DNA of 64,000 nt from the NCBI GenBank assembly GCA_965235115.1, contig OZ249452.1:11160001-11224000 (forward strand), read 5' to 3'. The notes beneath the pieces were generated by a model. The model ran no database searches. It was given only the letters and a program-made list of their open reading frames with translations, and was not told the DNA's origin. The first letter of the stretch is position 1; the number at the start of each line of letters is the position of its first letter. Shown here one piece after another: positions 62,815-64,000 of this stretch. This DNA is from Laetmonice hystrix. Its lineage: Eukaryota. The position numbers were made by a program, and so were the translations under genes.

Positions 62815-63347
62815 TGCTGGCTGACCAAAAGTGATTAAACTCCAAGCACTTCCGCTTCCGCTCCTTTAGTCAGCGTTAACAGAGTGACCGGACTCTGCTT
62901 GGAGTGTGGCCGGGAGTGGCCAACATGCCCATGTGTATGCACACCTTAGCAGGTATGGGGACTGATGACGCTATGTTTACATCCAGGGAAAGCGAAGACA
63001 TTTAACACTTGTATTTTAAAGGGATTGACGAAAATATCTGTATCTTGTTGGAGAAATACGAAGGGTATGGAACTACCTCGTTTGCGTCCATGTTTTCGTT
63101 GGGCCAATCACAATGCTCGCTTCGATTAGCCTTCACCAGGCTCAATATATGTAGTCAATATAGAACTGGGGACCAGGCTATGATACAGGATTGATAGTAT
63201 TTTTGGCCGTGGTTTCGTTGAGTCAGATCATGAGAAAGAATGGCATCTGGGATAAATGACCGGCGTTTTTCTCACAAAACCTGATGGCTCCTAAAAGGTC
63301 ACACCATGGAAAGCCGTGAAATGGCCAGGCTGCTGAGCTACGCTTAA

Positions 63348-63521
63348 GGCAGGTTCTCACTGAGGATTTCCCCGGGGTAATACCCGGATCAGTGGCGGTT
63401 AGATGTATGTAAACGCGCTCAGCCCGGGGTAACTTAGCACAGAGGGGTGACCGAGTTATTTCGGCCAAAAGGTTTCCCCGGGGCAAATTTCTCCGGTGCA
63501 GCAGTTCAGCTGAGAACCTGG
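63348..63521. mobile_element. Possible short Harbinger-type MITE
   Basis: ggcaggttctcactg ... cagctgagaacctgg; internal tttccccgggg repeats. Confidence 0.4.
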
Positions 63522-63778
63522 TTCATTTCTCCTTTAAGGGCCTTAGAATTATCCGCTAATCCAGCCGGCCGGCCAACCGATTCCGAAAATGCATGGTGTA
63601 GTTGGGCCCATTATAATGAGTGTAGACATAAATAAAGTACTTAATATAAGAGCCCATACAAATATATCGCATTATATGAGCATAATATACAAATATGATT
63701 GCAATATGTTTTCAGATTTCTGTTTAGTATGGCCTACACAAACTCCTACATAGTGTCAAAATGGTGGCGCCGGCCACA

Positions 63779-64000
63779 AGTGTCACAGGCCCTGTAGGAC
63801 GTGTTGTGGGATGCGGACCCCAGTGTCAGGCCCTGTAGGACGTATTGTAGGATTCGGACCCCAGTGTCAGGGCCAGTAGGATGTATTGTAGGATTCATAC
63901 CCCAGTGTCAGGGCCTGTAGGATGTATTGTGGGATTCGGACCCCAGTGTCAGGCCCTGTAGGACGTATTGTAGGATTCGGACTCCAGTGTCAGGGCCTGT
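63779..64000. repeat. Minisatellite, about 41 bp x 5 or more, truncated by the window end
   Basis: Unit ccccagtgtcaggccctgtaggacgtattgtaggattcgga. Confidence 0.9.

Overview
This is eukaryotic (animal) genomic DNA, not prokaryotic. It is most likely from a marine invertebrate, probably a lophotrochozoan; that is an inference from the GPCR family and the SINE/MITE types. The only securely identifiable gene is a single-coding-exon rhodopsin-class GPCR of the allatostatin-A/galanin receptor family (minus strand, ATG 61308 to stop 60211, 365 aa). It has LRF in place of the DRY motif and a 4-codon uORF overlapping its start codon. By hand I could also chain five or six phase-compatible minus-strand exons (52578 down to 45694) into the C-terminus of a protein I cannot name, and there are a few weaker orphan exon candidates. 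Roughly 13 kb (about 20%) of the window is unrelated minisatellite arrays with units of about 18-75 bp. These produce almost all the long ORFs in the track and are not genes. Several arrays multimerise recognisable transcription-factor motifs (CRE, HSE-like, HRE core), and two end in an inverted copy of their own unit. The rest is littered with non-autonomous DNA transposons (Kolobok-, piggyBac-, Tc1/mariner- and Harbinger-type), a SINE nested in a MITE, and decayed LINE, Gypsy and Harbinger coding fragments. I found no rRNA, tRNA or CRISPR and no convincing novel multi-gene system. All calls come from manual reading without database searches.
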